A stretch of DNA of 32,378 nt from contig JBFHGY010000001.1 in NCBI GenBank assembly GCA_041582905.1, forward strand, positions 1 through 32,378, in the 5' to 3' direction. Each line of letters begins with the position of its first letter. Within the stretch, counting starts at the first letter, position 1. Below the pieces are notes generated by a model. It was given only the letters and a program-made list of their open reading frames with translations, made no database searches and was not told the origin of the DNA. Shown here piece by piece: positions 1 to 8,059 of the stretch. Both the position numbers and the translations under genes were made by a program. This DNA is from Crocinitomicaceae bacterium (lineage in GTDB: Bacteria > Bacteroidota > Bacteroidia > Flavobacteriales_D > Crocinitomicaceae).

Positions 1-3
1 GAA

Positions 4-70
4 TCCCTTCCTCTCTGCAAAAAAGGTTTGACCGTAAGGTTGAACCTTTTTTTGTTTAGAGAGGAGTGGA
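4..70. terminator. Compound hairpin, bidirectional intrinsic-terminator-like
   Basis: Inner stem 19-33 pairs with 38-52: AAAAAAGGTT/AACCTTTTTT, then 5 more pairs (2 are G-U), with a GTAA tetraloop and A- and T-runs on either side. Outer stem 4-16 (TCCCTTCCTCTCT) pairs with 58-70 (AGAGAGGAGTGGA), 1 mismatch and 1 wobble. It probably terminates a gene left of the window. Confidence 0.45.
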
Positions 71-98
71 TGAGAACCTGTTCGAACCGAAACGAAGT

Positions 99-146
99 GC
101 ATCGCACCCCACTTGGGATCACGGAGCGCAGCGGAGTGAATCCCTC
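99..146 (+). repeat. Unclassified intergenic repeat, copy 1 (GCATCG..CCCC..TTGGGATCACG.AGCGCAG..GTGAATCCCTC)
   Basis: Hand alignment to 229-273 and 11623-11656. The terminal GAATCCCTTC also occurs at 1-10, which suggests a truncated further copy at the window edge. Confidence 0.6.
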
Positions 147-192
147 ACTTGTTTATGCTAGAAGCTCGCTTCAGGTTTGATCCATGAAAAAA

Positions 193-273
193 GACAATAC
201 CCCACCGCAGGTGGTTTGGCTTTTGGTTGCATCGCTCCCCGTTTGGGATCACGCAGCGCAGTGAATGCCTTTC
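193..273 (+). repeat. Unclassified intergenic repeat, copy 2 (long form with CCACC-GCA-GGTGG mini-hairpin, then TTGGCTTTTGGTTGCATCG)
   Basis: Same orientation as 11587-11656. In my hand alignment 37 of the first 42 positions are identical, with a weaker but recognisable match through GGATC.ACG and GAAT.CCTT.C. Confidence 0.65.
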
Positions 274-413
274 ATTGTCTTAATGGATACGCGCTTTAAA
301 TCCTGATTCGCATGTTATTAAGAAACAGTTAACTAGGAATTCAACATTCTTGTTCAAGTTGTAGAGTAAAATAGCCACTCTTCAGGAAATTTATTCTTTC
401 TTTAAAGTATTCT

Positions 414-806
414 ATGAAAACGCTTTGGCACATTTTGGGTTTTTTAATACTAGTTTCCTTTCTATTTACGAATAACGGATTAACTACTTATAAGAACACG
501 TGTCCAATGTCGGGACAGGTAACGTATGAGTATTTTTTCAATACTTGTTGTTGTTCTGGTGAATCTGGAAGCGGATGTTGCGAAACAACTGTAAACCATA
601 TTCAATTTGTTCCAGATGGATATTTTTCAGCAGATAATGTTGATTTGACTTTGTCGTATACTCAAGACATCATTCCGATTGTCGAGAATCTATTTAAGAG
701 TGAAATTGTCTTTTATGATGAGAGAGAAAAGGATAAGGACTATCCTCCTCCGAACTTTTCACATGGGCGACAGCTACTTGTTGAACTCGAGACTTTCTTA
801 ATTTAG
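414..806 (+). CDS. Small membrane-anchored Cys-rich protein, divergent HYC_CC_PP-like paralog
   Basis: 130-aa ORF with an N-terminal hydrophobic anchor (WHILGFLILVSFLF) and a Cys cluster CCCSGESGSGCCETT. The C-terminus PPPNF...LLVELETFLI parallels SPPPLY...VLLKESFLI of the 3885..4301 product, and the CCE motif is shared. The HYC motif is absent here. Confidence 0.7.
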   Translation: MKTLWHILGFLILVSFLFTNNGLTTYKNTCPMSGQVTYEYFFNTCCCSGESGSGCCETTVNHIQFVPDGYFSADNVDLTLSYTQDIIPIVENLFKSEIVFYDEREKDKDYPPPNFSHGRQLLVELETFLI

Positions 807-853
807 AAATTGTTTTTTTTGATCAAGCCAATTAACAATATAAAAATGAAGAA

Positions 854-1534
854 ATGAAAAAACTATACATATTCGTTGCCATTCTGACTGTGTCGCTGGC
901 AACACAAGCACAAGACTTTAGCTATCCATTAGGACAACATTTAGTGGAAACGGTAACAGATGAAAATTTTGAAGGTTTTCGGATCGATATCAATACACCA
1001 GCTCCAGAAGCAATCACATATGACTGGGAATTAGTAAGTAATAGCTTCCCAGCTGCATGGAGTTACTCACTTTGTGATTACGGTGGATGCGCAGTTGGAA
1101 TTCCATCGTCGGGTTCAATGACACCAATTACTTTATCAGATGCTCAGAACGGTGTTATTGGTTGGTTTAAAATTCAATTAACGACCGGACCGAACTCGGG
1201 TAATGGAGAGGTTAAAATCTACGTACATGATGCGTCGGACTACAATCGTGGTGACACTGTGTCTTGGAACATTACTTATGATGCTTCAACGGCTTCACTC
1301 ACAGTTCATACGAATGATCAATTTAATATGTACCCGAATCCAGCTAACGATCAGGTTACTATTGATGGCTTCGCTGCTCATAAGGGTGAAATGTACAATA
1401 GTCTCGGTCAGAAAGTCTCCTTGGAGAATAGCAATCAGGATGTATTAGATGTTTCCTCCCTACCTTCAGGAGTGTACTTAGTTCAACTTTCCACAGAAAA
1501 GGGTATTCGAACGAAGCGACTTATTATCCGATAG
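854..1534 (+). CDS. Secreted hypothetical protein with T9SS type-A C-terminal sorting domain
   Basis: Signal peptide MKKLYIFVAILTVSLATQAQ. The C-terminal ~80 aa (MYPNPANDQVTIDG...GVYLVQLSTEKGIRTKRLIIR) fit the Por secretion tail pattern. Confidence 0.85.
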   Translation: MKKLYIFVAILTVSLATQAQDFSYPLGQHLVETVTDENFEGFRIDINTPAPEAITYDWELVSNSFPAAWSYSLCDYGGCAVGIPSSGSMTPITLSDAQNGVIGWFKIQLTTGPNSGNGEVKIYVHDASDYNRGDTVSWNITYDASTASLTVHTNDQFNMYPNPANDQVTIDGFAAHKGEMYNSLGQKVSLENSNQDVLDVSSLPSGVYLVQLSTEKGIRTKRLIIR

Positions 1535-1536
1535 AT

Positions 1537-2415
1537 ATGTACAGATGTAGCCTTTTGAGGGTTGCGTTGTTTGCGATTGGGTTTATTTGTGTAAGTTCAT
1601 CTTATGCTAATGTCGTGTCCGATACTATTTACTTGAATAGAGGAACAATGTTAGCTGTTGATAGCACAAGTATTCCCTACTTCGCTTTTAACAGTAGCTC
1701 GACTTTTGACAAAGAAAATGAACGCATTTTTCTTGATGTAGGTGATACCATGCAGCTGCTCGTTGTTAATACGGATAGTTTAGCGCATGGATTTGATATT
1801 AAATATTACTCAGGGATAAATACGGCTATTCCAGCATACGATTCCGCTCACGTTTTATTTGTATTTCAGGAGGAGGGCGCTCATATTTTTTACGACCCAA
1901 CCCAATCTGAAGCCTATAGATATATGGGAGCTGGAGGCATGATTATTTGTCGAACTCCGAATCCGGATATTCATCGGTTCTTTTGGAACATGAAAGATCA
2001 TCAGGTAGCATACAATGAACTGTTGAATCAAGGTGGTTTAGTGGATTGGAGTCAATATTATCCCGACTATTTTACAATTAATGGAAATAGTAATCCCTAT
2101 ATTAATCAAGATACTGCAGCACGTATAACAGGAAGTGTGGGAGATACGATCTATGTATACATGGTAAATACTGGACAGTCAGTTCATTCGATCCATTTGC
2201 ACGGTTATCACGGGGAAATAATACAATCAAGTAAATTTCCTTTTCATCAAGGAAGAAGCAAGGACACGGTTCCAGTGTACAGCATGGAAGTCGTAATTCT
2301 CAGAATTGTACCCGATCAACCAGGTGAATATCCCGTTCACGATCATAACCTCGTAGCGGTTAGTGGTGGTAATATATATCCGAATGGAATGTTTTTAACC
2401 ATGGTAATAAATTGA
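1537..2415 (+). CDS. Two-cupredoxin-domain multicopper-oxidase-like protein lacking the type-1 Cu cysteine
   Basis: Signal peptide. The second domain carries HSIHLHGYH and PVHDHNLVAVSGGNIYPNGM, i.e. an HCH-type motif with C replaced by D. The first domain has only AHGF. Starts 2 nt after the previous stop and abuts the next MCO gene. Confidence 0.8.
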   Translation: MYRCSLLRVALFAIGFICVSSSYANVVSDTIYLNRGTMLAVDSTSIPYFAFNSSSTFDKENERIFLDVGDTMQLLVVNTDSLAHGFDIKYYSGINTAIPAYDSAHVLFVFQEEGAHIFYDPTQSEAYRYMGAGGMIICRTPNPDIHRFFWNMKDHQVAYNELLNQGGLVDWSQYYPDYFTINGNSNPYINQDTAARITGSVGDTIYVYMVNTGQSVHSIHLHGYHGEIIQSSKFPFHQGRSKDTVPVYSMEVVILRIVPDQPGEYPVHDHNLVAVSGGNIYPNGMFLTMVIN

Positions 2416-2417
2416 TT

Positions 2418-3662
2418 ATGAAGACACTATTAATATTGATTTGTTCGTTTGGTTTCGCATTAGATGCTTGTTCGCAACAAGACCTTGACTTTTTATTGAT
2501 AGCGAGAAACACGGGAGAAAAGATAATTGCAAGCGATGACACGATTAGAGTGTTTGGTTTTGCGCAATCACTGGGAGAGCACCCCAGCATTCCAGGACCA
2601 ACTTTAGAAATGAACGAAGGAGATTCCGTCCATATTGATCTATGGAATGTCTCTCAAGGTGCCCCGCATACAATCCACTTGCACGGTCTCGACGTCGACC
2701 AGCAAAATGATGGTGTTCCGCACCTTTCATTCGATGTACATCACATGGATCATGGCTATTACCACTTCAAAGCTCCACATGCAGGTACATATTTGTATCA
2801 TTGTCACGTAGCTTCAACGATTCATGTTCAAGCAGGAATGTATGGATTAATAATCATAAGACCACCAAATGGCGGAAATACGACATGGGACGGAGGTCAT
2901 GCATACACGAATGAACACACGTTCTTTTTATCAGAAATAGATACATCATGGCATACGGATTCAGTTTTGCTTCATGACCATGACACTACGCTTACCATAC
3001 ATCAAGTAGAGATTCCCGATTATAATCCTCAGTTCTTTCTTGTGAATGGTCTTTCGGATCAACAACTAGTAAATGAGAATACCGTTTTCAATAGTGCAGT
3101 CGGTCAAGTTGATTATACAAGATTGGCAAATATTGGGTTCTGTGGTGTGAGGGTTATTTTTCCTCCAGAGTTGAATGCTCAGATAGTAGCTTCTGACGGT
3201 CGTCCCTTGCCTACTGAAGAAATTTCTGATACGGTATATCTATTCCCTGGAGAGAGATTTGGTGTTCTTACGGATCCTAGTTCTGAATTTACCGGAGAAA
3301 TAACATTTGATTATATCGACATGAATACCATGCAAACGAAGAACACTCAGGTTGTTCCAGTAATTGTTAGCGGTTTTGCGGGTAATGATGAGGTTTCAAT
3401 TTCAAATGATAATGTTCAAATATCTCCTAACCCCTTCATTTCAAAACTAGAAGTCGAGTTTGAGTTGGAATACGCTGATGCGATAGGGTTTCAAATAGTA
3501 GATTTTAATGGGCGGATAATCGAAAAAGTTGCCCCCAAAAATTTCGAAGTAGGAACGCATACCGTTTTTCTCGGTCAAAGCTTACCTTCTAATTGTGGAT
3601 ATATGCTTATGATGTCAGGAGAAAAAGGTATCATTCATGCCGAAACGATCATCAAGCTATAA
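2418..3662 (+). CDS. Multicopper oxidase domain protein with T9SS C-terminal sorting domain
   Basis: The first cupredoxin domain has HTIHLHG and YLYHCHVASTIHVQAGMYG (type-1 Cu plus trinuclear-cluster-type ligands). The second domain lacks these motifs. C-terminal ISPNPFISKLEVEF...IIKL is a T9SS tail. The ORF track starts at TTG 2412 (4-nt overlap with the upstream stop). I prefer ATG 2418 (MKTLLILICSFGFALDACSQ). Confidence 0.85.
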   Translation: MKTLLILICSFGFALDACSQQDLDFLLIARNTGEKIIASDDTIRVFGFAQSLGEHPSIPGPTLEMNEGDSVHIDLWNVSQGAPHTIHLHGLDVDQQNDGVPHLSFDVHHMDHGYYHFKAPHAGTYLYHCHVASTIHVQAGMYGLIIIRPPNGGNTTWDGGHAYTNEHTFFLSEIDTSWHTDSVLLHDHDTTLTIHQVEIPDYNPQFFLVNGLSDQQLVNENTVFNSAVGQVDYTRLANIGFCGVRVIFPPELNAQIVASDGRPLPTEEISDTVYLFPGERFGVLTDPSSEFTGEITFDYIDMNTMQTKNTQVVPVIVSGFAGNDEVSISNDNVQISPNPFISKLEVEFELEYADAIGFQIVDFNGRIIEKVAPKNFEVGTHTVFLGQSLPSNCGYMLMMSGEKGIIHAETIIKL

Positions 3663-3884
3663 TGGATACATTTCAATAGGATTCCTGTTGGGCTAACATT
3701 CTGAATTAGACACTTTGGAAAGTGTAGCAACGGCATCTCTCCATACTTGAGTTCAGGTGGTGTAACGAAGTGTCGGCCTTCTGTGTTTATCGGTAAATGG
3801 ATCAACAGAATTAGCGTTTACAAAAAATGAATTCAGTTCAGCAAGGAGAATGAACAATTCAAGGTTTTTCCATATCTTTAGATT

Positions 3885-4301
3885 ATGTTGAGGTCGATCA
3901 CATCATTTTTTCTAATCTTCATTGTTCTTCTCGGAACAGTTGGATTTAGCTATGATGCGCACTACTGCAGTGGTGTTTTGGTGAATCAGAAGCTGTCCAT
4001 TGTGCAGTCAGATTTATCATGCGGAATGGCAATGAAAGAAAATGTTGCTTCCCAGCCTGATGGAAATGAGCGAATCGAACCAGAAACGTGTTGCGAAAAT
4101 CATCACCTAAGTTTTGAAATTTCAGATGATTATAAAGATGTTCAAAGTGCATCTTTCTTTTACGTCCCATGTCATTCGTTTCCGAGTATTGAGGGACAAT
4201 CTCTCTTTTTTTCGCAAGAAAAAGAGTATGATTTTATCGGATATTCCCCACCACCACTTTACAGGGATATCGTACTTCTCAAAGAGTCTTTTTTGATTTG
4301 A
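3885..4301 (+). CDS. HYC_CC_PP-like small membrane-anchored Cys/His protein
   Basis: 138 aa with an N-terminal TM (FFLIFIVLLGTVGF). Motifs in order: AHYCSG, ETCCENHH, SPPPLY. Sits immediately upstream of the RND pump gene. The family name is from memory of an NCBI family model and is not verified here. Confidence 0.75.
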   Translation: MLRSITSFFLIFIVLLGTVGFSYDAHYCSGVLVNQKLSIVQSDLSCGMAMKENVASQPDGNERIEPETCCENHHLSFEISDDYKDVQSASFFYVPCHSFPSIEGQSLFFSQEKEYDFIGYSPPPLYRDIVLLKESFLI

Positions 4302-4386
4302 TTTAGTGTTGTCGATCGAACGTATATCGGTCGAAGAGGCAAATCTATGCCCAAAAAATAACATCTAAATTAAATCTTAAGTGAAA

Positions 4387-7300
4387 ATGATAAAAAGCAC
4401 TATAAAGTTCTTTCTCGAGAATAAGCTAGTAGCGTGGATATTACTCGCATTATTCATTGTTTGGGGACTTGTTACAGCACCATTCAATTACGATTCAGAC
4501 TGGTTACCCAAGGACTCAGTTTCTGTAGATGCAATTCCAGACATTGGTGAAAATCAACAAATCGTATTTACCCAATGGACTGGTAGGTCTCCACAAGACG
4601 TTGAGGATCAGATTACGTACCCGCTCACTTCTGCACTACTGGGAATACCGGGTGTAAAAAGTGTAAGAAGTAATTCCATGTTCGGCTTTTCGAGCATCTA
4701 CCTCATTTTTGAAGAAGACGTTGAGTTTTATTGGAGTAGAAGTCGAATTTTGGAGAAATTAAACTCGCTACCATCCAATTTATTACCTGATGGCGTTCAA
4801 CCGTCTCTCGGCCCTGATGCAACTGCGCTTGGACAAATTTATTGGTACACCTTGGAAGGGCAAGATGATGATGGAAACCCCACGGGTGGATGGGATTTAC
4901 ATGAGTTAAGAACAGTTCAGGATTTTTATGTCAAAAATGCGTTGCAATCTTCGGGAGGTGTGTCTGAAGTCGCATCAATCGGTGGTTTTGTTCAGGAATA
5001 TCAAATTGATGTAGACCCTGAAAAGATGAAATCCTTCGATGTTAGTTTGACACAAGTCATGAAGGCAGCGAAGGAAAGTAACCTCGATATTGGCGCGCAA
5101 ACCATTGAAATAAATCAGGTCGAGTACTTTGTGCGAGGACTCGGTTATGTTAAGCAAATCGCTGATATTGAAGAAGCGGTTGTGGTGGCACCGAACAATG
5201 TTCCAGTGAGAATTAAAGACCTCGCCGTTGTTCATCTTGGGCCGAAAACAAGAAGGGGTATTTTGGATAAGTCGGGAGCTCCAGCGGTAGGTGGAGTTGT
5301 TGTGGCACGATACGGGGCAAATCCGTTGGAAGTTATTGAAAACATCAAATTGAAGATTGCAGAGATTGAAGATGGACTTCCTTCTAAACAACTTGCGGAT
5401 GGTACAGTATCGAAAGTAAAGCTTGTACCATTTTATGATCGAACCCAGCTTATCAATGAGACAATCGGAACACTTGAAGAGGCACTTTCTTTGGAAGTTC
5501 TGATTACCATCATTGTGGTGATTCTCATGTTACTCAACCTAAAGTCTTCACTGCTTATTTCAGCTTCTTTACCAGTAGCCGTACTCATGTGTTTCATAGC
5601 TATGCGATACACAGGTATTGATGCAAATATTGTGGCACTTTCAGGAATTGCAATCGCTGTAGGAACAATGGTTGACATGGGAATTGTACTGACAGAAAGC
5701 ATGATCTCTCAAATGAAGATTGCACCTCCAGATCAATCAATTCAGCGAACAATTTATCTGGCAACTGTTGATGTTGCTTCTGCGGTAATTACGGCAGTGG
5801 CCACGACCATTGTGAGTTTTCTTCCCGTATTTACGATGGAAGCGGCGGAAGGGAAGTTGTTCCGACCATTGGCTTTTACAAAATCCTTTGCTCTCCTCGC
5901 TTCAATTATTCTCGCCCTTACGGTTTTGCCTGCTTTGGCAACAAAGCTTTTTAGCTTCAAGAGCAAAGGGAAAATCTCCAAGTATTTTACGAATGGTGCT
6001 TTGATCATTCTATCGATCATTCTACTATTTACTAACTATGGATTTATTGGCATTTTCGGAGTGATTATTGGATTGGGAGGTGTCATTTCTACATACGCTC
6101 GGGAAGCAAAATCTGAACAATGGAATACGCGTTTTGAGTTTGCAAAGAACATCGTTTATGCTTCTTTGGTTGCCTGGCTATTAGCCAAAACATGGATGCC
6201 ACTGGGTGTAGCCAAAAGTGAAATCCTAAACTTTGTATTCGTAGCCATAATCATTGGAAGTTTAATTAGTACGTTCTATTTGGTGATCCATTTTTATGAA
6301 CGAATATTGCGATTCTTCATTCGAATTCGCTTCGTGTTTATCGGTTTGCTCTTGCTTTTACTATACGCGGGATATTCGGTATTCAGAAATACAGGACAAG
6401 AGTTCATGCCTTCGCTCAATGAAGGTTCGTTCTTGTTAATGCCGACTTCAATGCCTCATGCTGGAATGGAAATGAATGAAGCCAACTTGAGATTACTCGA
6501 TATGTCGGTGAACTCAATTCCTGAAGTTGAAATGGTGGTAGGTAAGGCTGGTCGCGTTGAAAGTTCATTAGATCCCGCTCCGATGTCCATGTATGAAAAC
6601 ATGATCGCCTACAAGTCTGAATATAAATTAGACGAGAACGGACATAAAATTCGATTTAAGGTTGACAAGAACGGAATGTACCTCAAAGATCAGAATGGTG
6701 CGTTGATTCCGGATGAAAACGGTCAGTATTTTCGACAATGGAGGGATCATATTCAATCTCCTGATGATATATGGGAAGAAATCGTAACCGCTACGAAAAT
6801 ACCCGGGATTACATCTGCGCCTAAACTCCAGCCTATTGAAACGAGGTTAGTCATGCTTCAAACAGGAATGCGCGCTCCAATGGGAATCAAAGTTAAAGGA
6901 ACTGACCTCAAAACCATTGAGGAATTTGGTTTACAACTAGAGATGTTCTTAAAGGAAGTGAAAGGAGTAAAGAGATCGGCTGTTTTTGCAGAACGAATTG
7001 TCGGGAAACCTTACCTCATGTTAGATATTCGAAGAGAAGCTATCGGTAAATATGGTTTAACCATTCAGGAAGTTCAAAATCAAATTCAGGCGGCAATTGG
7101 TGGAATGGTTATGACCTCCACCGTGGAAGGACGCGAACGGTATGGGATACGCGTACGTTATCCGATGGAGTTAAGAAATGACCCAGACAAGATCAAAGGA
7201 ATTTACATCAATACTGCCAATGGAGCACAAGTACCACTTGGTGATCTCGTTGAAATAGAATATGAGCAAGGTCCTCAGTCTATCAAAAGTGAAGATGGTT

Positions 7301-8058
7301 TTCTAGTGGGATATGTTCTCTTCGATAAAGAAGATGGGTTTTCTGAGGTAGAATTGGTGAATAGTGCTCAAGATTATTTGAAAGGGAAAATTCAAACGGG
7401 TGCATTGAAAGTACCAAATGGAATTAACTACCAATTTGCGGGTAATTATGAACAGCAATTACGAGCCAATAAGCGTTTGGGAATCGTAATTCCAATTGCG
7501 TTAATCCTCATTTTCTTAATTCTCTACTTCCAATTCCGATCGGTGGTAACCTCCATGTTTGTGTTTTCAGGCGTATTTGTTGCCTTTTCTGGAGGATTCA
7601 TCATGATTTGGTTATACGGTCAGGATTGGTTCATGAATTTTGATCTCTTCGGAACCAATATGCGAGATTTATTCCAAATGAATACCATCAATCTGAGTGT
7701 AGCGGTCTGGGTTGGTTTTCTAGCACTTTTCGGCATAGCTACCGACGATGGTGTTCTCGTTGCCACTTTCTTGAAAGATAGTTTTAAGCGGAACGAACCA
7801 AACAATTTCAAAGAAATCGAAGATGCAGTGGTGGAAGGAGGCCTTAGAAGAGTAAAACCTGCAATGATGACAACTGCTACAACCATTTTGGCACTGCTAC
7901 CTGTGCTTACCTCAACGGGAAAGGGGGCAGACATTATGTTACCCATGGCGATTCCCTCTTTTGGAGGAATGGTGTTGAACGTGATAACCATGTTTACCGT
8001 CCCAGTGCTTTACTATACATGGAGAGCTGGAAGAATGAAATGGAAAAGAAAAAACTAA
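4387..8058 (+). CDS. Heavy-metal efflux RND permease, CusA/CzcA family (enlarged form)
   Basis: Collinear by eye with E. coli CusA from the N-terminus: MIKSTIKF.. vs MIEWIIRR.., DAIPDIGENQ, ITYPLTSALLGIPGVKSVRS, LGPDATALGQIYWY, GGFVQEYQIDVDPEKM. A Met-rich segment LLMPTSMPHAGMEMNE lies where CusA has its Met cluster. The track start GTG 4381 is an alternative. Confidence 0.92.
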   Translation: MIKSTIKFFLENKLVAWILLALFIVWGLVTAPFNYDSDWLPKDSVSVDAIPDIGENQQIVFTQWTGRSPQDVEDQITYPLTSALLGIPGVKSVRSNSMFGFSSIYLIFEEDVEFYWSRSRILEKLNSLPSNLLPDGVQPSLGPDATALGQIYWYTLEGQDDDGNPTGGWDLHELRTVQDFYVKNALQSSGGVSEVASIGGFVQEYQIDVDPEKMKSFDVSLTQVMKAAKESNLDIGAQTIEINQVEYFVRGLGYVKQIADIEEAVVVAPNNVPVRIKDLAVVHLGPKTRRGILDKSGAPAVGGVVVARYGANPLEVIENIKLKIAEIEDGLPSKQLADGTVSKVKLVPFYDRTQLINETIGTLEEALSLEVLITIIVVILMLLNLKSSLLISASLPVAVLMCFIAMRYTGIDANIVALSGIAIAVGTMVDMGIVLTESMISQMKIAPPDQSIQRTIYLATVDVASAVITAVATTIVSFLPVFTMEAAEGKLFRPLAFTKSFALLASIILALTVLPALATKLFSFKSKGKISKYFTNGALIILSIILLFTNYGFIGIFGVIIGLGGVISTYAREAKSEQWNTRFEFAKNIVYASLVAWLLAKTWMPLGVAKSEILNFVFVAIIIGSLISTFYLVIHFYERILRFFIRIRFVFIGLLLLLLYAGYSVFRNTGQEFMPSLNEGSFLLMPTSMPHAGMEMNEANLRLLDMSVNSIPEVEMVVGKAGRVESSLDPAPMSMYENMIAYKSEYKLDENGHKIRFKVDKNGMYLKDQNGALIPDENGQYFRQWRDHIQSPDDIWEEIVTATKIPGITSAPKLQPIETRLVMLQTGMRAPMGIKVKGTDLKTIEEFGLQLEMFLKEVKGVKRSAVFAERIVGKPYLMLDIRREAIGKYGLTIQEVQNQIQAAIGGMVMTSTVEGRERYGIRVRYPMELRNDPDKIKGIYINTANGAQVPLGDLVEIEYEQGPQSIKSEDGFLVGYVLFDKEDGFSEVELVNSAQDYLKGKIQTGALKVPNGINYQFAGNYEQQLRANKRLGIVIPIALILIFLILYFQFRSVVTSMFVFSGVFVAFSGGFIMIWLYGQDWFMNFDLFGTNMRDLFQMNTINLSVAVWVGFLALFGIATDDGVLVATFLKDSFKRNEPNNFKEIEDAVVEGGLRRVKPAMMTTATTILALLPVLTSTGKGADIMLPMAIPSFGGMVLNVITMFTVPVLYYTWRAGRMKWKRKN

Positions 8059-8059
8059 T

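Noticed and set aside
71-95. tRNA-like T-loop string (GAACCTGTTCGAACCGAAAC)
   Set aside because: Only a TTCGAACC-like fragment. I could not build an acceptor stem, anticodon arm or cloverleaf around it.
336-360. Shared GAATTCA and TTCAAG strings upstream of both HYC_CC_PP-like genes (also 3828-3866), as a possible common operator
   Set aside because: Only 6-7-mers are shared. Spacing to the start codons differs (about 56 versus 22 nt) and I could not define a consistent dyad or direct repeat. Chance similarity in AT-rich DNA explains it.
1537-3662. Naming the MCO genes copA/pcoA/cueO
   Set aside because: Both are much shorter than three-domain CueO/PcoA-type oxidases. I saw no twin-arginine signal, and each has an incomplete ligand set. 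Only a family-level call is justified.
4975-7991. Antisense ORFs inside the cusA-like gene (4975..5391, 5433..5702, 5754..6020, 7620..7991)
   Set aside because: They are fully nested in a strongly supported 1223-aa CDS and have low-complexity, motif-free translations. These are shadow ORFs. The same reasoning applies to 1203..1448, 2360..2590, 2545..2730, 3946..4170, 4114..4296, 4122..4364, 8675..9112, 9413..9703, 9909..10263, 11314..11496, 11855..12581 (plus-strand set), 12786..13205, 13224..13430, 14213..14515, 15341..15911, 16357..16695, 18019..19201 (plus-strand set), 19961..20303, 21284..21562, 22404..22595, 23819..24428, 24766..25294, 26485..28951 (nested set) and 30291..31708 (nested set).
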